From the NCBI GenBank assembly GCA_044376115.1, contig JBILLK010000014.1, positions 128,001 through 192,000 of the forward strand: DNA of 64,000 bases, in the 5' to 3' direction. The notes beneath the pieces were generated by a model. The model was given only the letters and a program-made list of their open reading frames with translations. It was not told where the DNA came from and ran no database searches. Within the stretch, counting starts at the first letter, position 1. Each line of letters begins with the position of its first letter. A program made the position numbers and the translations under genes. Positions 18,396-28,275 of this stretch are shown in pieces. Origin of the DNA: Polyangiaceae bacterium (GTDB taxonomy: Bacteria > Myxococcota_A > Polyangia > Polyangiales > Polyangiaceae).

Positions 18396-21300
18396 TTAGT
18401 TTTTCCCGCCGCCGAACTTGTCGCCAATGCTCGGTGGGCAGTTCGTGGCCCGGAAGAAGCTCAACGGGAACGGATGATTTCCGCGTCGTGGCCGGACCTG
18501 CATCGTGACCGTGACGGGAGGAGCACTCATCGTCCAGGTGACAAGGAACTGCTGGTCGCTGTCTTTGACGGCGGTGAAAGTATCCGCAGCCTCGAACAGA
18601 CGGAAGATACCCCAGGGACCTTCACGAACCATCTCCTCGTCGAGCCCACCGGCACCACGGATCTGAATCCGTGCACCGCTCTGCTCAGCTCCCGGCCAGG
18701 AGAATTGGTACCAGAACTCCTTCTCGTTTCGATAGGTCCGCTTCTGACCATCGAGCTCAAACATGATGTCGCTCACGATGGGACTGACCGTCTTCAGATT
18801 GATCTGGAACTTTACGTTCGGATCGTCGCCCTTGAGACCAGGCCAGAGTGCGTCCGTGATCTCGTGGGAGCGCTCGAGGCAGTTGTACATCAGCGGATTG
18901 AACGGAGTGAACGGCTTGCCCTTAGGTGCTCCTTCTCCTTGCAGATAGGCCATTGGGATGAACTTGTGGTCCTGCTGCCGGTGGAAGGTCTTCAGGTACT
19001 TGTCGTAGAAGCCCCAGAGCACGCCCTCGCTCGGCCTAAAGAAGGTCTTTGCGTCCTCAAACGAAGCGTCGCGTTTTGCTGCCACGTTGAAGGGGTAGCG
19101 GTCTTTGATCTTGTCGCGATAGTGAGGCCAAACCATGACCTCCCAGAGTCCGCTGGCAGCCCCGCCTGCGCCCTTGACGAAGGCCCGGTAGCCCTGGCGC
19201 AGAGGGTTCATCAGCAGCTCGGACATCATCTCCTGCCCGAGTGGATCCAGCCGCAAGAGCATGGACTCGGCGTCTTTGACCGCTACCGTAAAGAGCTCGG
19301 TTGCCTTGACGGTGTCGCTGTCAGCAGGACCTTCCTCAACCACCTGCATCTCGGTCTTGAGCTTCTCGAGATGCCCCACGTACTTGGCAAGCTCGGGGTC
19401 GGGCGGCAGCTTCTCCGGCGGCTTCTGACCGTCGGGCCCCATCTTCGGCGGGACGTACGGAGCTGCAACACCGAACGCTACGACGTTGGCGAAGGCGCGC
19501 TTGATGCGCTCTTTGCTCGGGAGGTCTTTGGCCGCTTGAAGCTCCTCGACCTTGACGCCGGAGCCGGACTCGAATCGGCGCTTGATGCGACGCTCGATCT
19601 GGTCGACCACACCGCCGTCTTCACGAAGCCCTGCGGGGATCTTGTTGTCGTCGGGGAACTGGGTGTTGTCCGACAGCGTCTGAAGCAGCCGTCGGTAGGC
19701 CCACTCGGGCGTCGACAGAACCTTGTACTCGGCAACGGCTTCGGAGTTGATCGCCGGGACCTTCACGTCGATGTCGCGGAAGAACTCTTTCCACTCCGAG
19801 ATGTAGTCGTCTTCGTAGCGCTGACGCACACGCTTCAACTGCTTCTTGATCGTGTTGGCCTGTTCCTTCTCATCGCGATCGTAGGGCACGACCCAAGCCT
19901 CGCGCTCGAGCAGTTTGGCTCCCTCTTCCTCGAGCAGCTTGTCGATCACGCGAAAGCCTTCGATGGTGAACGGCCCGCGAATCTCTGCAGCCGGACGACC
20001 CTGCTTCACACGCTTTGACGAGAGTACCGTCTGCACTTCGGGGCGGTCATCGAAGACATCCGTCAACGCAATCGGTGGATACTTGCGGTTGTTGACGTCG
20101 TCGGGGCCCAGCTCATCGATCTTCTCGTCGATACGAGCCGTCACGAAGATCTCGTAGTAGGCCTGCACACGGTCAGCGGTTCGCAACCGTTCACGCGCAG
20201 ACTCCACGAGCTTCGGATCTCGGGTGAGTCCAGGAACCAGACCGTCGCGTTGGAGTTCGACGAAGAACTTCACGTGCGGTTGGAGCTTAGCCTTGAGGTC
20301 CTGCTCGCTCATTCCGCCGCCGCCCCGAACCAACACTTCAGCCCAGAGCTGCGTGAGTCGCCCCACCTGGAAGTTGAAGATTTCCGGATCCTTCAAGCGG
20401 GCGGCGTCGTCGATCAGCAGGTAGGTCTTGAGGTTGTTGTAGTCGGGAAGATACGGATCGCCCTTGATCTCACCAACCCGCACCTCGAGATCCGCCTTGG
20501 TGGGCTTGATGAAGCCTTCCTGAAGGTTCTTGATGTAGAGGTTCTTGAGCGGATCAAACAGGTTCTCACCCTGGTACATGAACCACGAGTAGGAGATGGG
20601 TTTCCCGTTGTCGTTCCAGTCCTTCAGGATCTCGAGCTGAGCTCGCGTCTCGTCGAGGCGCTGGACCTTATCGTACGCGCTCGAGGAATCACTCCACTGC
20701 ACCGTCCCAACCGCAGTGCTGATGCGGCGAGTCTCAGCAACCAACTCGCGGTTGTTCATGTAGGAGATGACGCCAGGAACGACGAACACGGCGGCTAGAA
20801 TGATGGCGGCAGCGGCCACGACCAGCTTCTGCAGCAACCGCTTGCGCAACTCCGCAGCGCTCATCGCCGCGAGGTCCTGATCCGGGAAAGCGACCTTCAG
20901 GAAGACGTCGCGCAGGAAGTAGCTTCGCGCCTCCTTCGACTGATCGGTCTCCTCCTGAACACTCCCCTTTAGCCCAAAGGCTTTACCCATCGCGCCAACC
21001 ACGCGGTCGAGAGGCTTGCCCTCCTGCGTTCCGCTGGTGAAGTAGAACCCGCGAAGGATTGGTAGCTGCCCAGTTCCCGCAGCAAACGTCGACTGCATGA
21101 ACTCGGAGAGATTCCGCTTGATTGCAGCGAACTCGAGCGGGAACTGGTAGATGCGCTCCTTGACCGCGCGACTCCGCTCACCGCTGACGCGCTTGGTCAC
21201 ACGGTTGTGGAGGTGCTCGACAAGTAAATCAAACTCGCGATCAAACAGCCGACCGGGTTCCGCCTTGGGCTCTGCCAAGTTGAAGGTCGAGCCCCAGATC

Positions 21301-22124
21301 TGCCCACGCTCGCTCTTCTTGAGATCGCCAAAGTACTCGACGAAGCCTGCGACCAAGTCGGCCTTGGTGAACAGCACGTACACCGGTAGCGTCATCTTGA
21401 GCGTCGTCTGCATCTCTTCGATGCGCGCACGCACCTTGCTCGCCGTTTGACGGATCTGATCCTCCGTCGCGTCGAGAAGTTCAGCCACGCTGATGGCAAC
21501 GAAGACGCCGTTGAGCGGCTTCTCCGGGCGGTACTTCATCAGCTGCTCGAGGAACGAAATCCATTCGTCGCGGTCATCGCTCTCGGTGGTGTAGCGACCA
21601 GCCGTATCAAGCAAGATTGCGTCGTTCGCAAACCACCAATCGCAGTTACGCGTACCGCCAACCCCCCGCACGCCCGCTGAGTCCGAAAGCGGAAACTCAA
21701 GCCCGGAGTGACGAAGTGCGGTGGTCTTGCCTGCACCCGGTGGCCCGACGATCGCGTACCAAGGGAGAGCGTAAAGAGCGTGTTCCCCGTAGCGACCACC
21801 GGCCAGCTTCGACTTCTTGATCGCAGCGATGCCTTCGGAGATCTGCTTGTGAAGCGCCTGGATCTCCTCCCGATCTTTCGGGCTGGCGATCGCCTGCTCC
21901 TGCGCCTGTTGCGCGATGGCTCGCTCGAGCGCTCTTGCAGCTCTCGCTGCTCGTATGCGGCGAATGAGCCACAGGGCGATGAGACCGCCAAGAATGATTC
22001 CGGTGATGGTTATCGCCAGCCAAAGCGGCAAAAACTCGGGTGCCCCCTCTTCGACTGGAGGGAACATGAACCACACCACCCAGACTGCGAGGATGACGAG
22101 TATGCCGAAGATCCAGAGCCACAT
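18396..22124 (-). CDS. tssM: T6SS membrane complex subunit TssM (IcmF)
   Basis: Two N-terminal TMs, LYALPWYAIVGPPGAGKTT, TRNCDWWF, LLDTAGRY, PLNGV, TKADLVAGFVEYF, LRGFYFTSGTQEG, third TM, C-terminal GPWGIFRLF. Confidence 0.96.
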   Translation of the reverse strand: MWLWIFGILVILAVWVVWFMFPPVEEGAPEFLPLWLAITITGIILGGLIALWLIRRIRAARAARALERAIAQQAQEQAIASPKDREEIQALHKQISEGIAAIKKSKLAGGRYGEHALYALPWYAIVGPPGAGKTTALRHSGLEFPLSDSAGVRGVGGTRNCDWWFANDAILLDTAGRYTTESDDRDEWISFLEQLMKYRPEKPLNGVFVAISVAELLDATEDQIRQTASKVRARIEEMQTTLKMTLPVYVLFTKADLVAGFVEYFGDLKKSERGQIWGSTFNLAEPKAEPGRLFDREFDLLVEHLHNRVTKRVSGERSRAVKERIYQFPLEFAAIKRNLSEFMQSTFAAGTGQLPILRGFYFTSGTQEGKPLDRVVGAMGKAFGLKGSVQEETDQSKEARSYFLRDVFLKVAFPDQDLAAMSAAELRKRLLQKLVVAAAAIILAAVFVVPGVISYMNNRELVAETRRISTAVGTVQWSDSSSAYDKVQRLDETRAQLEILKDWNDNGKPISYSWFMYQGENLFDPLKNLYIKNLQEGFIKPTKADLEVRVGEIKGDPYLPDYNNLKTYLLIDDAARLKDPEIFNFQVGRLTQLWAEVLVRGGGGMSEQDLKAKLQPHVKFFVELQRDGLVPGLTRDPKLVESARERLRTADRVQAYYEIFVTARIDEKIDELGPDDVNNRKYPPIALTDVFDDRPEVQTVLSSKRVKQGRPAAEIRGPFTIEGFRVIDKLLEEEGAKLLEREAWVVPYDRDEKEQANTIKKQLKRVRQRYEDDYISEWKEFFRDIDVKVPAINSEAVAEYKVLSTPEWAYRRLLQTLSDNTQFPDDNKIPAGLREDGGVVDQIERRIKRRFESGSGVKVEELQAAKDLPSKERIKRAFANVVAFGVAAPYVPPKMGPDGQKPPEKLPPDPELAKYVGHLEKLKTEMQVVEEGPADSDTVKATELFTVAVKDAESMLLRLDPLGQEMMSELLMNPLRQGYRAFVKGAGGAASGLWEVMVWPHYRDKIKDRYPFNVAAKRDASFEDAKTFFRPSEGVLWGFYDKYLKTFHRQQDHKFIPMAYLQGEGAPKGKPFTPFNPLMYNCLERSHEITDALWPGLKGDDPNVKFQINLKTVSPIVSDIMFELDGQKRTYRNEKEFWYQFSWPGAEQSGARIQIRGAGGLDEEMVREGPWGIFRLFEAADTFTAVKDSDQQFLVTWTMSAPPVTVTMQVRPRRGNHPFPLSFFRATNCPPSIGDKFGGGKN

Positions 22125-22367
22125 TTCGTTGAAAGCATGGCGGTTCTCCCGCGCGGAGCCAACTTTTGAGCAGTTCTCGCCGCATTATTTCTGTGACGCC
22201 TCAAGAACGCTGCAGTTTTGAGCACGTGCTTTCGGCATCGCGAGCCAAGCTCGGTTCACCCGTTGCTGTCGCGGCGACGATGGCCAACCGGCAAGCGGTT
22301 GATGGACGCAAACGGGCGCGCCAACCGGTGCTGACGCGCCCCCAAAAGTTACCTCGGTTTTGAGAGG

Positions 22368-23045
22368 CTAGTTGCCGCCGACCAACCCGTTGATCGTGTT
22401 CGAAACCTCGGTGGCATTGCTCTGAATCATCATGCGCATACCGACGACGACCAGCGCTGCCGCGATCAAGATGCCAATAGCGATGCCGACGAACGGTAGC
22501 TCCCGGCGTACAACACCGGACCCCGCATCTTTGCGTTCGGCATTGGGTGCAATGATATCGCCCCCGCCTTCTTGAACCGCAACGTAGTTGCCCAACCCCT
22601 CAACCACCTGCTGCAAACCCTCTTGGTTGCGAAGGCGGTACTTGCCCTGAAATCCAAGCGCCAAACAGAGGAAGTAGATCTGCGCCACGTGGTTGCGCCC
22701 GCGAGCGCCGTGCAGATTATCGAGATTAACGAAGAAGCCGTCGCCGGCGGTGTTGATCCCAAAGAACTGAAGCTGGAGCGGGTTCGACAGCCACTGGGTT
22801 TTGCCAGGCCACGTCGAGTGGTAGATCACCTCGTCAGCGAACGCTGCGAGAGCGAACTTCGCGTCGATCATGTCCTGCTCGGGAATCCGCTGCTCGCGCC
22901 CGTTTTGCATCATGGTCTCGAAGAGACCAAGCACGCGCCGCTGAAGGATGTCGGGGGCTGGCAAGTCCCTCGAATTGCGGAGCTGCAGGATGAGCGAAAG
23001 CACATCCGAGCAGACCCAGTACATCGTTTGCGCCATGCTCGCCAT
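22368..23045 (-). CDS. tssL: T6SS TssL (DotU), short form without OmpA domain
   Basis: AKFALAAFADE, W..NPLQL.FF..N.AGDGFF, YFLCLALGFQGKY, single C-terminal TM. Confidence 0.95.
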   Translation of the reverse strand: MASMAQTMYWVCSDVLSLILQLRNSRDLPAPDILQRRVLGLFETMMQNGREQRIPEQDMIDAKFALAAFADEVIYHSTWPGKTQWLSNPLQLQFFGINTAGDGFFVNLDNLHGARGRNHVAQIYFLCLALGFQGKYRLRNQEGLQQVVEGLGNYVAVQEGGGDIIAPNAERKDAGSGVVRRELPFVGIAIGILIAAALVVVGMRMMIQSNATEVSNTINGLVGGN

Positions 23046-23171
23046 AACACTCCTTGAGAACCGAGAGCTGAGCTACCAGCCCGAACGACGGCCATGGTGC
23101 CAGAGCTGAGCCGAGGTTCCAAGATTCACGCAGAAGAGATGGAACGATCGGCGATTTCCTCGCAGTAGACG

Positions 23172-24530
23172 CTACTTGGTAACCTGCACGCCGATCAAAC
23201 GCAGGTCCACCTTCTGAGGCTCGATCGGCTGGTAGATTGCGATGCTGCCCGAGCCCAGAATGTCATTCCAGTAGTCGCCCGCCTGCTCAACGCGCAGATA
23301 GACGAGGCCGGGTTTGATCGGGATGGCACCGGGAGGGCGATACTCCACGGAAACTCGCACACCCGGCATGGCGGCGTTCAAGATGTAGCCAATCTGGGTC
23401 CACGAACCAACCTTGAGCAACCGCGGCAGCCGCTCGCGCAGGATGGCTTCATCGATGCCCTTCGCCTCGAGGAAGAACTCATGCGTGCGCGGGATCTTGG
23501 GATCGTCGAACTTGCCCAAGTACATGCCGTCGTCGCGTTTCTCCATCGGAATGACAATGAAGCTCTCTGCAAGCACGTTACCGATGAGAGTCAGCGCGCG
23601 GTCAAAAACGGGCTCGAACACGTCCCCCAAGTCAAGGTAGTTGAACTTGGGAATGCTCGTCGGATCGCCATCAGGAGAGAAGGTGCAGAGCTCGCCGATC
23701 AGCGAAGCTAGCATCACATAAGCGTCCTCTGGGTGAACGAGCCCGTGGTCCACCATGTGCGAGCACAACGGGATGTACGAGTTCATCGTATGGAGCATCC
23801 AGAACTTTGCAGTGTCGGACGCTTGGAAGTCCACCGAGGCCGCGGTGCGAAGCCGCCGACCTTCCGCCAGCGCTTTCTGCTTGCCCACCAGAGCAGACAG
23901 CACGCGGCGCATACCGTTCATGATGTGATCGCTCGTCTTGATGCGCAGCACCGGCGGAACGAAGTCTTTGCGCTGAACGATCGCGCCCGTTCGATCGCGA
24001 ACGAGTTGAGCGATTCGGATCGTCTCGTACGCGTCACGAGGCTCCGTGCCAAAAAGAATTCGGAGGTTGTTCCTGCCCCACGTAACAGCCGTCTCGTTGC
24101 GGCCCGTGTTTACGTCAGGGACCGACACCTGACTGGCTACGAAGCGTTGTGCCGGCCCAGCCTTCGCAGGGTCCATCGCGACGTTGGCTGCAGTTTCGCG
24201 AATGATGGGAATCGCTATGAAGACATCAAGCGCCTCAAGAGCCGCGGGAAAAGCGCCTTCGAGTGGGCGTGCTTCAATCTGATCTTCGCCGCGGTCGCCA
24301 ATAAAGAACGCCGCGCCGTCTTGAAAAACCCCATGGCACTTGGTCAGTCGAACTTGACCAGCCGACAGCGCCCTTTCATCGAACTGCACCTCGGTGATTC
24401 CCCAGTCATAGGGAACAATCGAGTGCACCCGAGAGTGGACCAGCGCCTCGTGGTACAGGTCGCACTGTTGCAGGTGCTGCGGGGTCATGAACAGACCCTC
24501 CGTCCAGACGAGCTTGCGCGGTTGAATCAT
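23172..24530 (-). CDS. tssK: T6SS baseplate subunit TssK
   Basis: VWTEGLFMTPQHLQQ, WG, FVPPVL, HPED.Y..LASLIGELCTF, AMPGV. Confidence 0.95.
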   Translation of the reverse strand: MIQPRKLVWTEGLFMTPQHLQQCDLYHEALVHSRVHSIVPYDWGITEVQFDERALSAGQVRLTKCHGVFQDGAAFFIGDRGEDQIEARPLEGAFPAALEALDVFIAIPIIRETAANVAMDPAKAGPAQRFVASQVSVPDVNTGRNETAVTWGRNNLRILFGTEPRDAYETIRIAQLVRDRTGAIVQRKDFVPPVLRIKTSDHIMNGMRRVLSALVGKQKALAEGRRLRTAASVDFQASDTAKFWMLHTMNSYIPLCSHMVDHGLVHPEDAYVMLASLIGELCTFSPDGDPTSIPKFNYLDLGDVFEPVFDRALTLIGNVLAESFIVIPMEKRDDGMYLGKFDDPKIPRTHEFFLEAKGIDEAILRERLPRLLKVGSWTQIGYILNAAMPGVRVSVEYRPPGAIPIKPGLVYLRVEQAGDYWNDILGSGSIAIYQPIEPQKVDLRLIGVQVTK

Positions 24531-24683
24531 CGAGCGGCTTTAACCCCTATCAAGAACGAGTGGGCTGACGATAGAGATTTGCCAGCCGCTCGTCCACGAG
24601 GTTCAACCAAGGCGAGCGAGAACGGTTCATCATTCGTCCCCAACCGCTGCGTTCGCGGCCGTTTCACCGCCATTGCAGCCGTA

Positions 24684-25334
24684 CTACTTGGCGGTCGCAG
24701 CCTTCTTTGGCAGGTTGACCTTACGAATTGGCTTCGCCTCGGGGAACATTGACTCATCCATCTGGGCGCCGTTGTCGATCTTTGCGCCTTCAACAAAAAA
24801 TGCCGTGCGCGGATCTGCAACCGGAGCGCCCTTGGCATCTCTGCCGCCACAGGCCGCCTCGCCTGGGGGCAACGGGAACTCGTAGAAGGTCTTCCAGCTC
24901 TGCCCCCGTGGGCCATGGAAGAGGGCGACGCCTCCTAAGTACGAGGCCTCCTTGATTCGCTCGAACTTTATTTCGAGATGGTCATTGGGGAAGACACTGA
25001 CCTCGTCAACCTTCATCACGTCTTTGCCGAGCGTCTCCTCCGAACGAAGCAGCACGTCGTCGTAGCGAGCGTTGGAGAGGTTGAGGTCGCTCACGAGCTG
25101 GTACAGCCGCACCACAACGGGGCGAGGATTGCCGGTCTCGTTGGGGTTGATGTTTCCCGCGGCATAGATGTCCAGAGTGATGATCTGACGATCGCAAGGC
25201 TTCGGCTCCTCGACGGGAGGCGGCCCCGCAGAACATCCACCAGCGAAGCCAACCAGCATGGCTGCTCCGAGCATGACGCTCATCGAGACAGATGCGGCGA
25301 GGAGAGAACGTTGTTTTAGGGGCCCAACAGCCAT
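24684..25334 (-). CDS. tssJ: T6SS outer-membrane lipoprotein TssJ
   Basis: Lipobox FAGG-C, NINPNETGNPRPVVVRLYQL, YLGGVALF..W. Start uncertain (25334, 25283 or 25277). Confidence 0.9.
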   Translation of the reverse strand: MAVGPLKQRSLLAASVSMSVMLGAAMLVGFAGGCSAGPPPVEEPKPCDRQIITLDIYAAGNINPNETGNPRPVVVRLYQLVSDLNLSNARYDDVLLRSEETLGKDVMKVDEVSVFPNDHLEIKFERIKEASYLGGVALFHGPRGQSWKTFYEFPLPPGEAACGGRDAKGAPVADPRTAFFVEGAKIDNGAQMDESMFPEAKPIRKVNLPKKAATAK

Positions 25335-25446
25335 GGCCGAGCCATCCAACCACGTTATCGCGCTCAAGCCCAGTAATGTGCAGCGCCCGCCCCCCTTCAT
25401 TTCGAAAGAGGACGGGCGCGCCGGCGTATCGTGAGTCTGGGTGGCC

Positions 25447-28101
25447 TCAGTCGGAGAAGGCAGCCGTGAAGTTCTTGGAGTCGTCGATGTCGATGAAGAG
25501 CTTGCGCGGCGGCTTTGCCTCCGCGAGTTTCTCCAGGATGGCTGACGACAACATCGGCAACAGCGACGAGCGCAAGATATGGTCGATGTTGCGGGCGCCG
25601 GTATCTACCTCGGTACAGCGAGCAGCGATCATCTCCACCAACCGCTCAGAGTAGGTCGCCTCGATGCGTTGGTTCGTCTTGAGACGGCTGAGCAGCTGAT
25701 CCAACTTCAGCTTGGTGATCGACCCGAGCGCCGACTGCGAGATCGGCAGGTAGGGCACCATGGTCATACGCGCCAAGAGAGCCGGCTTGAAGTGCGACGA
25801 GAGCGTCGGCTTGATCGCCTCCATGATTTCGGCCATCGGCGGGTCTTTGCCTCCATCTTCCCAAGCTGCGACGGTCATATTGGTGATCTTGTCTGTGGCG
25901 AGATTGCTCGTCATGATGATCACGGTGTTCTTGAAGTCGACCAGGCGCCCCTCACCGTCGGAGAGCATGCCCTTGTCGAACACTTGGTAGAAGAGGTTCA
26001 TCACGTCCGGGTCGGCCTTCTCGCACTCGTCGAGCAGCACGACGGTGTAGGGCCGTTGGCGCACTGCCTCGGTCAACATACCGCCCTCACCGAACCCGAC
26101 GTAGCCAGGGGGAGAACCAATGAGCCGCGAAACGGTGTGCTTCTCCTGGAACTCCGACATGTTGATGGTGACCATCATCCGCTCACCGCCGTACAGCATG
26201 TCGGCCAAGCTCAGCGCAGTCTCGGTCTTTCCGACACCCGAGGGGCCAACGAGAATGAAGACGCCCATCGGGGTGCTTTGCGGCTTGAGGCCCGCTCGCG
26301 CTGCCCGAAGCTCCTTGGCGATCGTCGCGATGCCGTAGTCCTGACCCTTGATGCGCTTGTTGAGACGAGCCTCCATTTCGAGCAGGTTCTTGACGTCGTC
26401 TTGAACCATCTTGCCGGCGGGAATACCGGTCCAAGCCGAGACCACGTTCGCCACCATCGCCTCATCGACGTCAGGCCGAATCAGCGGAACTTCACCCTGA
26501 ATCTTGTCGAGCTCGTTGATCGCAGCGACGACCTCCTTACGAGCCTCATCACGCTCGGCGTCGGTCTTGCAGTCGCTCATCTTCTTGCGAAGCTCGAGGA
26601 TCTTCTTTGCGCCGTCGGTCTCGCGAGTGAAGGCCTCGCTGATCGCGACCAAGTCGGCGCGAGCCTTTTCTAGCTTTGCACCCAGCTCGGCAAAGTGCTC
26701 CTCGTCGATCTTGACGCCGTTCTGGCGATCGCTGTGAAGCGCAGCGACCTCACGCTCGGTGTTCTTGATGTACACCTCAACGTCCTCGACCTGAGCGGGC
26801 TTTTGTTGGAGGGCCACCTTCACGCGGGCAGCGCAGGTGTCGAGGAGATCAACCGCCTTGTCCGGCAATTGCCTGCCAGAGATGAAGCGTGCGGAGAGGC
26901 GCACAGCCGCTGTAACAGCTTCATCCTGCACGATGACGTTGTGAGCTTCTTCGAACTTGTTGCGAAGACCGCGGAGCATGGTGATCGCCGTCGGAATGTC
27001 TGGCTCATCGACCTTCACGGGCTGGAACCTTCGCTCGAGAGCGGCGTCCTTCTCGAAGTACTTCTTGTATTCTTTCCAGGTCGTGGCAGCGATGGTTCGC
27101 AATTCGCCGCGTGCGAGCGCGGGCTTGAGAAGGTTTGCCGCGTCTCCGCCGCCCTGGTTTCCGCCAGCGCCGATGATGGTGTGCGCCTCATCAATGAAGA
27201 GGATGATTGGTTTGACCGAGGATTTGATCTCTTGGATGACGCCTTTCATCCGGTTCTCGAACTCGCCTTTGACGCTTGCTCCAGCCTGCAGGAGTCCGAG
27301 GTCCAAACCAAAAATCTCACAGCCTTGCAGCAAGGGCGGGACGTCGTTGTTGACGATCATGAGGGCCATGCCCTCCACCAACGCAGTCTTACCAACACCC
27401 GAGTCACCAACGATGATTGGGTTGTTCTTTCGGCGACGAGCCAGGATATCGATGATCTGGCGGATCTCACGCTCGCGGCCGAAGACAGGGTCAATCTGGC
27501 CCGCACGGGCCTTGCCCGTGTAGTCGATGCAGAACTTGCCCAAGGCGCTGTCAGGTGACACCGCACTTGAACCAGCCGGAGCCTTGCCGTCTTTACCCGA
27601 TGCGTTTTGCGCGGCTGCAGCCTCCTCACCCTCCTTGGACCCAGACAGGATCGTCGGCAGGTTCTTCTTCATGTCCTCCTTCGGAATGCCGTCGAGAACA
27701 GCGCCAATTCCACTAGTGGAGTAGCGGCTCGGCTGCTGCACTAGTCGGAGCACGAGCACACCGCTCCGAATCTTTTGGTAGCCCAACTCCAACGAGCCGA
27801 GCAGCCAGGCGTCTTGGAGCCAGTCGAGCAAGACCGGTGAGAACGTGGGGCGTCCCGCGTTTCCTTCGCGTAGGTCGTTGAGCGAGCGCTGCAATGTCGC
27901 CCGCAAGGAAGATGGGTTGAGATCGTAGTGGCTAACGATGAACGCTATGTCGCTCTGCGCATCGTCAAGCAGCGCGAGCAAGAAGTGTTCAATCGTGATC
28001 TCGTAGTGGCGTCCAACAACGCACTTTTCAGCGGCTGCAGACAGCGCGGCGGTGCAATTCGGAGAGAGGCGTTTGAGAAGGGCTTTCTGATCAACCTGCA
28101 T
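25447..28101 (-). CDS. tssH: T6SS AAA+ ATPase ClpV/TssH
   Basis: HYEITIEHFL, IDPVFGREREIRQ, RRRKNNPIIVGDSGVGKT, GGGDAANLLKPALARGELRTIAATTW, GPSGVGKTETA, GEGGMLTEAVRQRPY. Confidence 0.97.
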   Translation of the reverse strand: MQVDQKALLKRLSPNCTAALSAAAEKCVVGRHYEITIEHFLLALLDDAQSDIAFIVSHYDLNPSSLRATLQRSLNDLREGNAGRPTFSPVLLDWLQDAWLLGSLELGYQKIRSGVLVLRLVQQPSRYSTSGIGAVLDGIPKEDMKKNLPTILSGSKEGEEAAAAQNASGKDGKAPAGSSAVSPDSALGKFCIDYTGKARAGQIDPVFGREREIRQIIDILARRRKNNPIIVGDSGVGKTALVEGMALMIVNNDVPPLLQGCEIFGLDLGLLQAGASVKGEFENRMKGVIQEIKSSVKPIILFIDEAHTIIGAGGNQGGGDAANLLKPALARGELRTIAATTWKEYKKYFEKDAALERRFQPVKVDEPDIPTAITMLRGLRNKFEEAHNVIVQDEAVTAAVRLSARFISGRQLPDKAVDLLDTCAARVKVALQQKPAQVEDVEVYIKNTEREVAALHSDRQNGVKIDEEHFAELGAKLEKARADLVAISEAFTRETDGAKKILELRKKMSDCKTDAERDEARKEVVAAINELDKIQGEVPLIRPDVDEAMVANVVSAWTGIPAGKMVQDDVKNLLEMEARLNKRIKGQDYGIATIAKELRAARAGLKPQSTPMGVFILVGPSGVGKTETALSLADMLYGGERMMVTINMSEFQEKHTVSRLIGSPPGYVGFGEGGMLTEAVRQRPYTVVLLDECEKADPDVMNLFYQVFDKGMLSDGEGRLVDFKNTVIIMTSNLATDKITNMTVAAWEDGGKDPPMAEIMEAIKPTLSSHFKPALLARMTMVPYLPISQSALGSITKLKLDQLLSRLKTNQRIEATYSERLVEMIAARCTEVDTGARNIDHILRSSLLPMLSSAILEKLAEAKPPRKLFIDIDDSKNFTAAFSD

Positions 28102-28275
28102 GGTTGCGGCATGCTACCGGTCAATCTGCCGCTTTCAAAAGCGAGAAACAGGCGCTTCGCGAAATCGAGCGAATGCGCATGTTTCGTAGGCAAACGCGAG
28201 TTCACTTAGCGCCAAACGCACTCCGTGAACCTGCTTGGACTCGGTTCCACGACGGTTCGCGCAAGCCCGCAAAGC

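Noticed and set aside
22125..22367. Short repeats (TTTTGAGCA twice, GCCAACCGG twice) in the tssL-tssM gap
   Set aside because: Too short and irregular to distinguish from chance; no credible ORF.
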